From Phycisphaerae bacterium (GTDB lineage Bacteria; Planctomycetota; Phycisphaerae; Sedimentisphaerales; UBA12454), in contig JBGOWI010000004.1 in assembly GCA_041478555.1 (NCBI GenBank), forward strand, positions 1,401 through 65,400: a stretch of DNA of 64,000 bases, given 5' to 3'. Both the position numbers and the translations under genes were made by a program. The notes under the pieces were generated by a model. That model searched no databases. It was not told the DNA's origin and worked only from the letters and a program-made list of their open reading frames with translations. This document shows positions 1-10,122 of the stretch, piece after piece; within the stretch, counting starts at the first letter, position 1, and every line of letters begins with the position of its first letter.

Positions 1-84
1 GCTGATAGCAGCCCTGGTTATCTCAAGTGCCTTGGCCTGGTCACCCCTTATCACAGCTTCGCTTAACGCCTTCATATCTGCCAT
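1..84 (-). CDS. 5' end of a gene running off the left edge; the N-terminus resembles the helical cap of cobalamin-binding (corrinoid) proteins
   Basis: ATG at 84-82 on the minus strand. Translation MADMKALSEAVIRGDQAKALEITRAAIS stays open to position 1. Confidence 0.35.
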   Translation of the reverse strand, partial: MADMKALSEAVIRGDQAKALEITRAAIS

Positions 85-355
85 TACCTTATCCTTTACC
101 TGAAAAAAGACAGTAAACCATAATTTCCAATTCTACAAACAGTGGCTTGGCCACACCTGCCGTGGCGGATATTAAACCGTTTTTCAACCAAACTATCAAG
201 AGAGAAGTCCGATAATGGAAAAAATAGCAAATTTGCACAGTATCACGGCAAAATAATTACAAAAAAAAGCCCCTGCTTTATAGCTAATTTGATGAAATTA
301 ACGGAAAATTCAGTATGATACCAACCGGAGAAACTGAGAAATAACAAGGTCCAAA

Positions 356-2449
356 ATGAGCGATTACATAGTACTTGTCAAACAGGTGCCGGATGTTACT
401 CAGATAACAGACAATGCCTTTGACCCCCAAACCGGTACGCTTATTCGGACAAGGCTGGCAAGTGTGATAAACGAGCTGGACACACTGGCACTTGCAGCCG
501 CCAACCGGATGAATCAATCAGGCCCAAAACCGGGTAAAATCATTGTTTTGACCATGGGCCCGCCGATGGCTCAGGATGTCCTGCGATACAGCCTTGCAAG
601 GTGTGCCGATACTGCTGTACTCTTGACCGACAAGGCATTAGGAGGAGCTGATACATGCGCAACGGCAAACCCCCTTGCCCATGCCATCCGAAAAATCGTC
701 AAAGACATACTCGGCGGCAGCAATGACTACTATATCGTAACCGGTATGCAATCCGTTGACGGCGATACCGCTCAGGTACCGGCTCAGATTGCAGAAGAAT
801 TCAACATCCCATGTGTTACATACGTAACCGATGTGGAATACAAACACAGCGGGTTTGAATTTACAAGAATTATCAGCGGCGGAAACCAGGTAGTAACCAC
901 GCGCTCGGTGCCGGCGGTTATTACCATTGCAAAATACGAGTATCCGCTGTTCGCAACCTTCGCAGATACCAGAAAAGCGAATAGATTCAAGCTTACTCAG
1001 TGGGATGCCGACGATATCAAGGCCGTCAACATAGGAATAAACGGCTCAAGGACTCGCGTTATCAGAGTTTTCCCGCCGGGCAAGACTACAAGAAAATGCC
1101 GACAGATAACCGAACCAACAGAACTTGCAGAGGCAATTGCCGAAAGCTTCAGTGAATCGCAAAAGCAAACCGCAAAAACCGAGGATAAAACCGACACCTA
1201 TATCCTGCCTGAAAAAAGAGTGAATCTATTCAACAGAAACTTTGAAGGAACAAAAAAAGAAAGCGAAGATTACAAAATCCTTGCCGATATCTTCGAAAAG
1301 CTCGCAATTACGAAACTATCAGAAATTACGGAAGAAATAAAAGAAAATATTCTCAGCCTGGCCGGCGAACATTTCCATAAAAATGCCCTCGAAGATATGC
1401 TCGAAGGATTCAAAGCTGCCGCACCCTGTTATCAGGGCGAGGTCTGGGTCGTTGCAGAACTCAACGCAGGAAAAATTCATCCCGCGACATTCGAACTTAT
1501 CGGAAAGGCTCGAAGCCTCGCAGACTCACTCGAAACAAAAGTCGGCGTGACTATCGCAGGAGACAACATCCAGAAGTTCTGTCAGGAACTTATCGTCGCC
1601 GGTGCTGATGTAGTTTATACGATTGAACATCCGGTGCTCGGCGAATTCGACCCCGCAGCCTACAAAAAAGCAATTTCAGATACCATCAGACAGTACTGGC
1701 CGCAGATTGTGCTGTTCGCTGCTACGCCGACCGGCAGAGTGCTCGCACCGATGATAGCTTACAGGCTCGGATGCGGACTGACGGCCGACTGCACAGAACT
1801 GGATATAAAAGACAGCTCCAGAAAAGGACAAGTCGGAATACTGATGCAGACACGGCCTGCTCTGGGCGGTAATGTCATGGCGACAATCTGCACAAAAGAT
1901 TCAAAAAGCCAAATGGCAACTGCACGGCCGGGTGTAATGAAAAGGCTGCCGCCGGAGCCAGCAAGAAAGGGCAAAATTATTAAACAGACGCCGCAATTAA
2001 GCGAAGCAGATTTAAGCCTTAACATTATCAGAACAGAAACCGGCAAAGGCCGCGTCAATTTCGACGCCGAAATAGTTGTCAGCGGCGGAAAAGGCATGCA
2101 GAGCAGAGATAACTACGAAAAGCTGCTGAATAAACTTACCGCAGCCATTGCAGAAAGATTCAAGAAAACCTGCGAACGCGGCGCTTCGAGAGCCGCCGTC
2201 GAACAGGGCTTCATCGACAGAATCCACCAGGTCGGACAGACAGGCACTTCAATAGCGCCAAAAGTATACATCGCACTTGGGATATCCGGCGCGATTCAGC
2301 ATATGATAGGCGTTGCGAACAGCGAAACAATAGTCGCGGTCAACAGCGACCCAAACGCACCTATTTTCAAACACTGTGATTACTACATAATAGGAACCGT
2401 TGAAAAAATTGTGCCAGAGCTATCCGAAGCACTGATGAAAAAACAATAA
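356..2449 (+). CDS. Electron transfer flavoprotein, beta and alpha subunits fused in one polypeptide
   Basis: N-terminal ~260 aa look like ETF-beta (MSDYIVLVKQVPD...). C-terminal ~335 aa look like ETF-alpha (EVWVVAE..., GISGAIQHMIG, NSDPNAPIF). A ~95-aa K/E-rich linker joins them. Confidence 0.85.
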   Translation: MSDYIVLVKQVPDVTQITDNAFDPQTGTLIRTRLASVINELDTLALAAANRMNQSGPKPGKIIVLTMGPPMAQDVLRYSLARCADTAVLLTDKALGGADTCATANPLAHAIRKIVKDILGGSNDYYIVTGMQSVDGDTAQVPAQIAEEFNIPCVTYVTDVEYKHSGFEFTRIISGGNQVVTTRSVPAVITIAKYEYPLFATFADTRKANRFKLTQWDADDIKAVNIGINGSRTRVIRVFPPGKTTRKCRQITEPTELAEAIAESFSESQKQTAKTEDKTDTYILPEKRVNLFNRNFEGTKKESEDYKILADIFEKLAITKLSEITEEIKENILSLAGEHFHKNALEDMLEGFKAAAPCYQGEVWVVAELNAGKIHPATFELIGKARSLADSLETKVGVTIAGDNIQKFCQELIVAGADVVYTIEHPVLGEFDPAAYKKAISDTIRQYWPQIVLFAATPTGRVLAPMIAYRLGCGLTADCTELDIKDSSRKGQVGILMQTRPALGGNVMATICTKDSKSQMATARPGVMKRLPPEPARKGKIIKQTPQLSEADLSLNIIRTETGKGRVNFDAEIVVSGGKGMQSRDNYEKLLNKLTAAIAERFKKTCERGASRAAVEQGFIDRIHQVGQTGTSIAPKVYIALGISGAIQHMIGVANSETIVAVNSDPNAPIFKHCDYYIIGTVEKIVPELSEALMKKQ

Positions 2450-2461
2450 AAAGGAACTGCC

Positions 2462-4129
2462 GTGGCCGTAACAAACTTAAATAAAACTTCGGTACTTATT
2501 GTCGGTGCAGGACCGGCAGGACTCGCCGCCGCCATTACACTCAAAAATAAACTCCCCCATACTGAAATCTGCGTAATCGATAAGGCCGCCGAGCCGGGAA
2601 ACCATAATCTCTCAGGTGCCGTGCTCGAGGCCGACTGCCTCAATACACTCCTGGCAGCGGTCGATAAAGACTGGAAACAATCCGAACAGGCAAAAGAAAT
2701 CCTCGCATACAAGGTAACAAAAGACAACCTCCTGTTCCTGGCAGGAAAAAATTTTCCCTTCAATATCTCCATATCAATAAAACTTGCAAAGGCACTGAAA
2801 CTGAACTTCGCACAGATGAGCCATATGGGCGATTATATAGTATCCATAAGCAAACTGACAAAATGGCTGAGCCAGGCGGCAAAGAACCTCGGCGTAGAGG
2901 TAATACACGGCTTTGCCGCTGAAGATATTATTTACGATGAGAAAAAAAATGCCGCCCTCGGCGTAAAACTTGTTGACCAGGGACTCGATAAGCTCGGCCA
3001 GAAGCAGCCAAATTATGTCGCAGGCGAAATTATAAATGCAGATGTAATCGTCCTTGCCGAAGGATGCGATGGCCTTGTAACAGAAAAATTCATAGAGGAG
3101 GCGGGCCTTGTCAGGCGGGCAAATCAGCTTTATTCCGTCGGCGTAAAAGAAATTATCAAGGTAAGCGATGAGCAGTTCAGAAAATTCACCCACGGCCGGG
3201 CCGTCCACGCATTAGGATACCCCCTCTGGACACCGGTCCTCGGACCTGCGATGTTCGGCGGAGGTATAATGTATCCGGCAGGCGAAAATCACATCGCTGT
3301 GGGAATGATTGTGGGGCTCGACTGGAAATACTGTGACTTCAATCCGCAGGATGCTTTGACCAATTTCAAAAATCACAGATTTGTAAAAAAATTCATCGAA
3401 GGCGGAACAATCGTCGAGGCCGGAGCAAAAATGATTCCCGAAGGCGGTTACTTCGCCCTGCCGAGAAACCCGCAAACCAGCGCCATCGGAAAAGCCAATG
3501 TCCTTTTGCTCGGTGATGCCGCGGGGTTCGTAAACATGCTGAAAATCAAGGGCATACATAACGCAATAAAATCCGGCATTGCTGCAGGTGCGGCGATTGC
3601 AGAGTGTACAAACAACCCTGCCGCAATAGCATCGAAATACACCGAACTGCTGAATATGTCCGGCGTAATCGAAGAAATGAAACAGGCGGCAAAATTCAGA
3701 CAGACCGTAGCAAAACTGGGGCCGCTGTTCGGAATACCTCTGTCAATCCTCGGCGGCAAACTGCCAAAATTCAAAATCAAAAAAGATTATGAGGTTTTAA
3801 CGAGCAAAAAATATAAATACAAGCCGTCAAAAAATTACGACAAAGACACATTTACCGCAATGGCTGCAACGGAACATCGTGAAGAACAACCCAGCCATTT
3901 GACTATAACCAATACAAATATCTGCGCACAAAAATGCACACCCAGATTTAATTCGCCCTGCATTACCTTCTGCCCGGCAGGAGTCTATGAGACAGTAAAC
4001 GAACAGGTAAAACCTGCAAATCCCTCAAACTGCCTGCACTGCAAGACCTGTCAGAGAAAATGCCCGTTTGATAATATCAGATGGACGGCGCCAGAGGGCG
4101 GCGGAGGACCAAGATATAAAAATATGTAA
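2462..4129 (+). CDS. Electron transfer flavoprotein:quinone oxidoreductase (ETF-QO, FixC/FixX-like)
   Basis: GTG start. FAD fold VLIVGAGPAGLAAA. C-terminal 4Fe-4S motif CLHCKTCQRKCP followed by PEGGGGPRYKNM. Confidence 0.85.
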   Translation: MAVTNLNKTSVLIVGAGPAGLAAAITLKNKLPHTEICVIDKAAEPGNHNLSGAVLEADCLNTLLAAVDKDWKQSEQAKEILAYKVTKDNLLFLAGKNFPFNISISIKLAKALKLNFAQMSHMGDYIVSISKLTKWLSQAAKNLGVEVIHGFAAEDIIYDEKKNAALGVKLVDQGLDKLGQKQPNYVAGEIINADVIVLAEGCDGLVTEKFIEEAGLVRRANQLYSVGVKEIIKVSDEQFRKFTHGRAVHALGYPLWTPVLGPAMFGGGIMYPAGENHIAVGMIVGLDWKYCDFNPQDALTNFKNHRFVKKFIEGGTIVEAGAKMIPEGGYFALPRNPQTSAIGKANVLLLGDAAGFVNMLKIKGIHNAIKSGIAAGAAIAECTNNPAAIASKYTELLNMSGVIEEMKQAAKFRQTVAKLGPLFGIPLSILGGKLPKFKIKKDYEVLTSKKYKYKPSKNYDKDTFTAMAATEHREEQPSHLTITNTNICAQKCTPRFNSPCITFCPAGVYETVNEQVKPANPSNCLHCKTCQRKCPFDNIRWTAPEGGGGPRYKNM

Positions 4130-4131
4130 TA

Positions 4132-4923
4132 TTAGAATAATAAAAGTTTTATCGCTGCCGCGGCGGCGAGTATTTCAACTGCCAGCTTAAACCATTTATG
4201 GGAGATATTCTTTAAAATCAAAATGCCTGCAAAGGCGCCGACAGCAATAAGGCCAAGCATAATAATATCAGCACAAGCAGATTCGAGAGTTATTCTGCCT
4301 TCGCTGACAAACACGGGAATCTTGAGCCAGTTGATAATAAGAAAGAACCATGCGCCTGTCCCGATGAATTCATATTTCGGCAATTTCATCGCAAGAAGAT
4401 AAATAATCATAATCGGCCCGGCGGCGTTTGCAAGCTGGGTCGTAAGACCCGCAAAAAAACCCATCGCAACCGCAAACAACCAGTGCTGAGGCACACTAAA
4501 ATCATCCTGCTGTTTTCTGTTTCGAAGATAATTCAAAACGAGCATAACAAGCACAATCAGACCTATTACAGGTGCCAGCTGGAAGTCGGCGATATGCCTG
4601 ACCGTCAGGGACCCGGCTGCAATACCGACGAGAGCGGCAGGCAGAAGTTTTATAATATGATTCCATTTTGCATGGCTATGATAGTAACCGACCGCAAACA
4701 AATCAGCCATCGCAAGAAGCGGCAAAAGCAGACCAGTTGAGGCCTTTGCAGGAAAAAACGCCGCAATAAGAGGCACAACAACTATCCCCAGTCCGGGCAG
4801 GCCTGTCTTGTTTATGCCTACACAGACGGCACAGATACAAAGCACAAACCATTGTGTGAAACTGTAATCCTGCGGTAATAAATTTATAAAACCTGAAAGC
4901 ATAACAATACAGAATATCAGCAA
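4132..4923 (-). CDS. TauE/SafE-family (sulfite exporter-like) membrane protein
   Basis: 263-aa polytopic hydrophobic ORF with Gly-rich TM helices typical of the family. Start is uncertain (TTG at 4923 or ATG at 4902). Confidence 0.65.
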   Translation of the reverse strand: MLIFCIVMLSGFINLLPQDYSFTQWFVLCICAVCVGINKTGLPGLGIVVVPLIAAFFPAKASTGLLLPLLAMADLFAVGYYHSHAKWNHIIKLLPAALVGIAAGSLTVRHIADFQLAPVIGLIVLVMLVLNYLRNRKQQDDFSVPQHWLFAVAMGFFAGLTTQLANAAGPIMIIYLLAMKLPKYEFIGTGAWFFLIINWLKIPVFVSEGRITLESACADIIMLGLIAVGAFAGILILKNISHKWFKLAVEILAAAAAIKLLLF

Positions 4924-4940
4924 TTCACAGTTCTAAAGGC

Positions 4941-4984
4941 AAAAAAATGGCTGTCCCACAAAGCTTTCTCCGCCGGACAGCCAT
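4941..4984 (-). terminator. Intrinsic terminator after the YHS-domain lipoprotein gene
   Basis: 10-bp stem ATGGCTGTCC/GGACAGCCAT (4947-4956 / 4975-4984) followed on the minus strand by a U7 run (A-run 4941-4947 on +). Confidence 0.6.
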
Positions 4985-5005
4985 CCAGAATTAAATCTCT
5001 AACAA

Positions 5006-5437
5006 TTATTTGCACTTACCAGCATGCTTCTCAGGGTCTTTTTCAAATTGTTTTTTGCAGCCCTCACAACAGAAACAATACCGTTTGCCTTTGTATTCAG
5101 TGCAAATGCTCTTATTCGCTGCTTTACCATCCCCAATGGCACACATCATCTTCTCACACCGCTTTGCTGCCGCGTTTGCATCAGAAACGCTCTTTGCCTT
5201 CTTCGCATCAGAGGGCTTCTTACCTTTCATTGGGCAGGTTTTCACGGCGTTTGCGTCCGCAACTTTGCCTGTACTGCCGGTTTTTACCTTACCTGCAATA
5301 GAAGCCTTCGGAGCAGCCTGCACACCCTGAGCACCCGTCTTGGCCTGTTTCTCGCAGCCGACAAAAATCAGAATCGATGCCATTACTGCTGTCAAAACAA
5401 ACAAAACTACAACATGTTTACTTACTTTTAACTGCAT
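5006..5437 (-). CDS. Lipoprotein with a C-terminal YHS/TRASH-like Cys-rich metal-binding domain
   Basis: ATG at 5437 preceded by AAGGTG. Lipobox IFVGC. C-terminus YKGKRYCFCCEGCKKQFEKDPEKH. Confidence 0.6.
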   Translation of the reverse strand: MQLKVSKHVVVLFVLTAVMASILIFVGCEKQAKTGAQGVQAAPKASIAGKVKTGSTGKVADANAVKTCPMKGKKPSDAKKAKSVSDANAAAKRCEKMMCAIGDGKAANKSICTEYKGKRYCFCCEGCKKQFEKDPEKHAGKCK

Positions 5438-5527
5438 AATTACACCTTTCAAAATAAGTCCTTTAAGTTTATATTCTTAATTCGTACTGTCCAGACAAAA
5501 ATTGGGTCGCAAAAAAATATAGTTTAT

Positions 5528-6739
5528 TCATATACCGGCCCTGTTGCCGAGATATTCGGTTTTCGGCAGGCCGCCGGTCAGCGGCAGGGCATAATCAACA
5601 AAGGCACTCGTTACGCCGTTGCCATCTTTGTTAATAAATTCGTCAGACAGCGATTTCGTCTTTTCAGCGACATTGGCAAGCTCGGTCCTGAAAAGTTCAA
5701 CCGCATAATTTTTGCCGCTGCCGACTCGTTTGATTGCGACAGAACCGCTCACATTCGTCATCGCAAGTTTAACCGCCTCAACACCGCAGCGGCGAGCCTC
5801 GGATGCGTCAACCGATGACTGCAATCCTGCAAAGCTCCTTTGCAGATAACCAAATGTATCGGCACGGACTCGCTTGACCTTCAATCTGCTCTTAATCTGC
5901 GCTGCGAGATAATCTGCAAGTGTGCCTGTGCCGGAAAGCTGGATGTTGCCGTGTGAATCGTGCTCATCTGTTTCGGTAATTTTCTCTGCCCATGTTTTAT
6001 GGTCAGTATCGCTGATACCTTCACTTGCCGCAATAACACATCTGCCAAGTTTCCTATAAACAGTTTCTACATCGGAGAGAAACTTCTGCATCGAAACCGG
6101 TCTTTCAGGAAAATAAAGCAAATGCGGGCCGTCATCATCCCTCTGTTTTGCCAGAGCGGCAGCAGCGGTAAGAAAGCCGGCATTTCTGCCCATTAGACAA
6201 TCGACCTTTATCCCCGGCAGAGCCCTGTTGTCGAGGTCGTCACCTATAAGGGCGCAAGCAACGAATTTAGCTGCTGTGCCGTAGCCGGGACAGTGGTCGG
6301 TAACAAGCAGGTCATTATCAATCGTTTTTGGAATATGAAAGGCCCGCAATTCGTAGCCGGCCTGCTGCGCCATATTATTTATGATAAAGCAGGTATTGGC
6401 TGAATCGTTGCCGCCGATATAAAAGAAATAACGAATATCGTGCTTTTTAAACACATCAAGAATTTTTTTACAGTATTCCGCATCGGGCTTGTCTCTGCTT
6501 GAGCCGAGGGCCGATGAGGGGCTTGCTGCAACGGTTTCAAGCACATCGGCAGAGATTTTCTTAAGGTCTATGAAATTTTCCTTCACGATGCCGCTTACCG
6601 CGTGAACAGCACCGTAGAGATTCTTAATCTCAGAATGTTTTTTCGCCTCTTCAATTACACCGACTAAAGAAGCATTGATAACACCTGTCGGACCGCCCGA
6701 CTGGCTGACGACAGCATTTGCTTTCGGTGCATTTGCCAT
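5528..6739 (-). CDS. pfp: Phosphofructokinase, probably pyrophosphate-dependent
   Basis: PFK motifs GGPTGVINAS, YIGGNDSANT and PKTIDNDL. Asp in GGxDS and Lys in PKTIDND are the PPi-type signature residues. Confidence 0.8.
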   Translation of the reverse strand: MANAPKANAVVSQSGGPTGVINASLVGVIEEAKKHSEIKNLYGAVHAVSGIVKENFIDLKKISADVLETVAASPSSALGSSRDKPDAEYCKKILDVFKKHDIRYFFYIGGNDSANTCFIINNMAQQAGYELRAFHIPKTIDNDLLVTDHCPGYGTAAKFVACALIGDDLDNRALPGIKVDCLMGRNAGFLTAAAALAKQRDDDGPHLLYFPERPVSMQKFLSDVETVYRKLGRCVIAASEGISDTDHKTWAEKITETDEHDSHGNIQLSGTGTLADYLAAQIKSRLKVKRVRADTFGYLQRSFAGLQSSVDASEARRCGVEAVKLAMTNVSGSVAIKRVGSGKNYAVELFRTELANVAEKTKSLSDEFINKDGNGVTSAFVDYALPLTGGLPKTEYLGNRAGI

Positions 6740-6847
6740 TTTTAAAACCTTTCAAATTGTTTTTTATGTATGAATTCTTACGTTTTAAGCCCACGGCCGA
6801 ACAATTATACAAATTTGGCTGCCGGCAGCAAGTCAAAACTGACTTTA

Positions 6848-6953
6848 CCCCGCACCTATTTGTATTATGCGAACGCAAGAGAAAAAACTGTAGTTTATTG
6901 CGTATCGTTTAACGACGTGATTTTAAGAAAACACGGGACAAATAGGTGCGGGG
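6848..6953. repeat. Inverted-repeat element, copy 1 (15-nt TIR CCCCGCACCTATTTG / CAAATAGGTGCGGGG)
   Basis: Perfect 15-nt terminal inverted repeat at 6848-6862 and 6939-6953, with TTTA on both flanks. Related copies at 27982-28082 and 33032-33133. Confidence 0.7.
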
Positions 6954-7011
6954 TTTACATAACCTCGACAATCGTTTAGGATTATGAAAAATAACTTCGC
7001 AGGTCTGTTTT

Positions 7012-7803
7012 ATGAGCACTGTTGCGGTTGTTGAATTTAAAAATTATACCCAAAGCATCCCTGTCGCCCTTGAGCTTGCAGGGGCTGAAAAAATCCTGCC
7101 TCAGGCCGGCACGATAATCCTCAAACCCAATCTGACAAATTCTTCTCCGCCGCCTGTTACAACATCAGTTAAAATGGTTGAGGCTGTTTACACTTATTGC
7201 GTCAGGCAGACAAAGGCAAAAATCATAATTGGCGAAGGCTGCGGCAGCGGAAATACGTTTGATATCTTTAAGGAACTCGGATACACAGCTTTGGCCGAAA
7301 AATATAAAATCGAACTTGTCGATTTCAACGAGGTGGATGCAGTTTTGCTCGAGAACAAAAATGCACTGCAGCTAAAACAGCTTTATTTACCGAAGATAGT
7401 TTTAGATGCATTTATAATTTCCATGCCGGTCCTCAAGGACCACAGCTTCACAGGCACAACGGTCGCAATGAAAAACATGTTCGGCCTTGCACCGGGAAAA
7501 TATTATAAAATCGGATGGAACAAATCAAAACTGCACAGCCCGTCAACAGACAAATCTGTAGTCGATGTCTGTATGTATAAAAAACCTGGGCTTTGTATTG
7601 TCGATGCATCGGTTGCATTGGCCGGAATGCATCTTTCAGGAACAGAAAAGAAAATCGGCAAACTAATTGCCGGCAGCGATTGTGTCGCAGTCGATGCTGT
7701 CGCAAGTCAAATGCTCGGACATAAACCACAGGACCTCGAATACCTTGCTGAGGCAAACGGCCTGCTGGGAGATATGAAAAATATCAATATTATAAAAGGA
7801 TAG
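7012..7803 (+). CDS. DUF362-domain protein
   Basis: 263-aa ORF. Pattern IILKPNL...GEGCG...DHSFTGTTVAMKNMFG...VDAS is typical of DUF362. Confidence 0.55.
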   Translation: MSTVAVVEFKNYTQSIPVALELAGAEKILPQAGTIILKPNLTNSSPPPVTTSVKMVEAVYTYCVRQTKAKIIIGEGCGSGNTFDIFKELGYTALAEKYKIELVDFNEVDAVLLENKNALQLKQLYLPKIVLDAFIISMPVLKDHSFTGTTVAMKNMFGLAPGKYYKIGWNKSKLHSPSTDKSVVDVCMYKKPGLCIVDASVALAGMHLSGTEKKIGKLIAGSDCVAVDAVASQMLGHKPQDLEYLAEANGLLGDMKNINIIKG

Positions 7804-7808
7804 GCCCT

Positions 7809-8300
7809 ATGAAAATCGGGATAATCAGCGATAGTCACGACCACCACGCAAACGTACTTAAAGCTGTCGAAATTTTTAAGAACGAGCAGGTTCAATATAT
7901 TCTGCACGCAGGTGATATCGTTTCGCCGTTTACCGCCAAGGCCTTTGGTGAAGTAAAGAATGCAAGATTCATCGCGGTATTCGGTAATAACGACGGCGAA
8001 AAGCCCGTACTTAAAAGCACTATCGAAAGTTTCGGCGGTGAAATTCATCGCGACCCGTATCGCGGCAAAATCGCAGGCAAAAGGGTTCTTATAACGCACA
8101 AGCCCGGCATTCTGGACGAAGCGATTGCAGGCGGAAAATATGACCTTATCGTTTACGGCCATACCCATTTTAGGGATATCAGAACTGTCGGAGAAACGCT
8201 TATCATAAACCCCGGCGAATCCACCGACTGGCTCAGCGGCAAAGGAAGGCTTATAATACTTGATACAGAAAGCTCAAAGATAACAGAAATGGAGCTTTAA
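7809..8300 (+). CDS. YfcE/MJ0936-type metallophosphoesterase
   Basis: Motifs ISDSHD, HAGDIVS, GNNDGE and GHTH in canonical order. Confidence 0.8.
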   Translation: MKIGIISDSHDHHANVLKAVEIFKNEQVQYILHAGDIVSPFTAKAFGEVKNARFIAVFGNNDGEKPVLKSTIESFGGEIHRDPYRGKIAGKRVLITHKPGILDEAIAGGKYDLIVYGHTHFRDIRTVGETLIINPGESTDWLSGKGRLIILDTESSKITEMEL

Positions 8301-8304
8301 GAAC

Positions 8305-8958
8305 TCAACGGCCGATTCCAAATGTGCCGATATGGTCGCTGTGATTCAGCATCTTTATACGCGTAAGCGCACCACTGCCGGTTTTGGGATTATACCAGAA
8401 TTTCTTTGCAACAGGAAAACCTTCCAGTACCTGATTTTGCTCATCAAATTCAGGTCCAAGACTGAATATCATCCATGTTACCGGCGACGTTTTTGGGTCG
8501 CCATACAGTTTGTATTCTCCCGTTTCATTATCAGGAAAACCTTTTGATATCTCTAAAAACTGGGTTGTGGGCGTACCGTAATAATCAAACCGCGGGCCGA
8601 CAGCAACATATTTATACGCAAGATTTTTGTTGAACTTATCTTCCATTTTCGAAAAGACTACCGGTCCGGCCTTGCCGCCGGGCATATATCCGTTCTTGAC
8701 AAGCTCCTGAGGCAATGCCCACCAGTATTGGCGAGTATCAGGATTGCAATCCGCACGGGTCGGCGGAAATTGATTTCCGTGGTCCATCCCGTATGCCTCC
8801 AGAGCAAGACCGATGTCGCATAATTCGGCGTTGGTTACCAGTATCTTTGCCTGCAAACGGGCCTTTCTCAGAGACGGCAACAGTATCGCCAGCAGCGAAG
8901 CTATTATTGCTATAACTACCAGCAGTTCCGTCAATGTAAAGGCCCGTTTCAGTTTCAT
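8305..8958 (-). CDS. Prepilin-type N-terminal cleavage/methylation domain protein (DUF1559-like pseudopilin)
   Basis: N-terminus MKLKRAFTLTELLVVIAIIASLLAILLPSL. Confidence 0.8.
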   Translation of the reverse strand: MKLKRAFTLTELLVVIAIIASLLAILLPSLRKARLQAKILVTNAELCDIGLALEAYGMDHGNQFPPTRADCNPDTRQYWWALPQELVKNGYMPGGKAGPVVFSKMEDKFNKNLAYKYVAVGPRFDYYGTPTTQFLEISKGFPDNETGEYKLYGDPKTSPVTWMIFSLGPEFDEQNQVLEGFPVAKKFWYNPKTGSGALTRIKMLNHSDHIGTFGIGR

Positions 8959-8965
8959 AAAAGTT

Positions 8966-9991
8966 TTATTGACAATTAGTCAGTAAAGGATTAGTGCACT
9001 TCAGCCAGTCAGCGGCCAATATCGCGAAATCTTCAAAGTTTACTACGCAGTCTTTGTTGATATCGCCGGGGGCAAATACGCCATGCAGGTCACATCCATC
9101 AGTAAGTATCTGTCCATTTCCGTCATAATTTGTAACCCACAGCAGATAGCCTCCGGTGTTCGAGTTTTCTTGATTGAAAATGCCTATAACATCAAACTGG
9201 GCAGACAGATTATTTGAGCCAGCTGTTATGCCCGGTCCGATGCCAAGCCACAGCGGCAATGTTCTTGTGCCATCTGTAATTTGCAATGTTTTTGTGCCCG
9301 GCGCCCATTGATTAGCATCGACAAAGCTTACATTATTTATACGAACCAGTCTGCTTTGATAATATTCGCCGCCGGTTTGTCTTGTCTGATCAAAGATAAA
9401 ATTGTCATTTACATCTTTAACCATATCAAGTGTTATTACTTCCGGCTCAGGCAAACCAGCGCCAAGCTGGACAAGTTTAATTATTATGTCATTATTGGAG
9501 TCGGTATTGTGCCGCTCATTGATATTTGTTTTGCCGCCATAGAATTTTGTCAGGCCGGTTACCTGCACCTTATCGCCCGGCATAAACCTATGGCCGGTGC
9601 AAGGGTCATAGTTAAGCTTGTCCAGTTCGGCAAGCCATTCCTCGTTTGTATAGCGTCCGGATCCCATACCAAGCATATTCGCATAATTCTGCGCCATCCA
9701 CACTGCGGTGCCGGCATGGTCTCCCTCGCATCCCTGGACGAAAATCTGCCACTGCCCACCTAAATTATAAGGAATAGTATTGTAATTAGGCTCTCCGTTA
9801 AGCATATATTCCGGCCTGTTCAAAATATATCCTTCAACTGTTACCTTGTTGGTGCTGAACAACCAAGGGCTGTTGCCTTCGCCGGAACTGTTGACCGATT
9901 GGAGATTCCAGTTGGTCTCAGCAGAACAGGCGGTCGCGAATAAAACCATAACAACCATTAAACCTGTTGCTCTTCTTCCTGCCTTCTGCAT
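8966..9991 (-). CDS. Secreted hypothetical protein with a C-terminal dockerin/EF-hand-like segment
   Basis: Signal peptide MQKAGRRATGLMVVMVLFATACSA. C-terminus GDINKDCVVNFEDFAILAADWLKC. The ORF could start at 10021. Confidence 0.5.
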   Translation of the reverse strand: MQKAGRRATGLMVVMVLFATACSAETNWNLQSVNSSGEGNSPWLFSTNKVTVEGYILNRPEYMLNGEPNYNTIPYNLGGQWQIFVQGCEGDHAGTAVWMAQNYANMLGMGSGRYTNEEWLAELDKLNYDPCTGHRFMPGDKVQVTGLTKFYGGKTNINERHNTDSNNDIIIKLVQLGAGLPEPEVITLDMVKDVNDNFIFDQTRQTGGEYYQSRLVRINNVSFVDANQWAPGTKTLQITDGTRTLPLWLGIGPGITAGSNNLSAQFDVIGIFNQENSNTGGYLLWVTNYDGNGQILTDGCDLHGVFAPGDINKDCVVNFEDFAILAADWLKCTNPLLTNCQ

Positions 9992-10122
9992 CTTAAACCT
10001 TTCTTCAAAACATCCGCGCATAAAAAAAACAAAATCGTGATACCAAGAATACTGCAGCTCCCCGTTTTTGGCAAGAAAAATTATGGAAAAACCAGAAAAT
10101 TTCCGTAGAATGGCCTGAAAAT

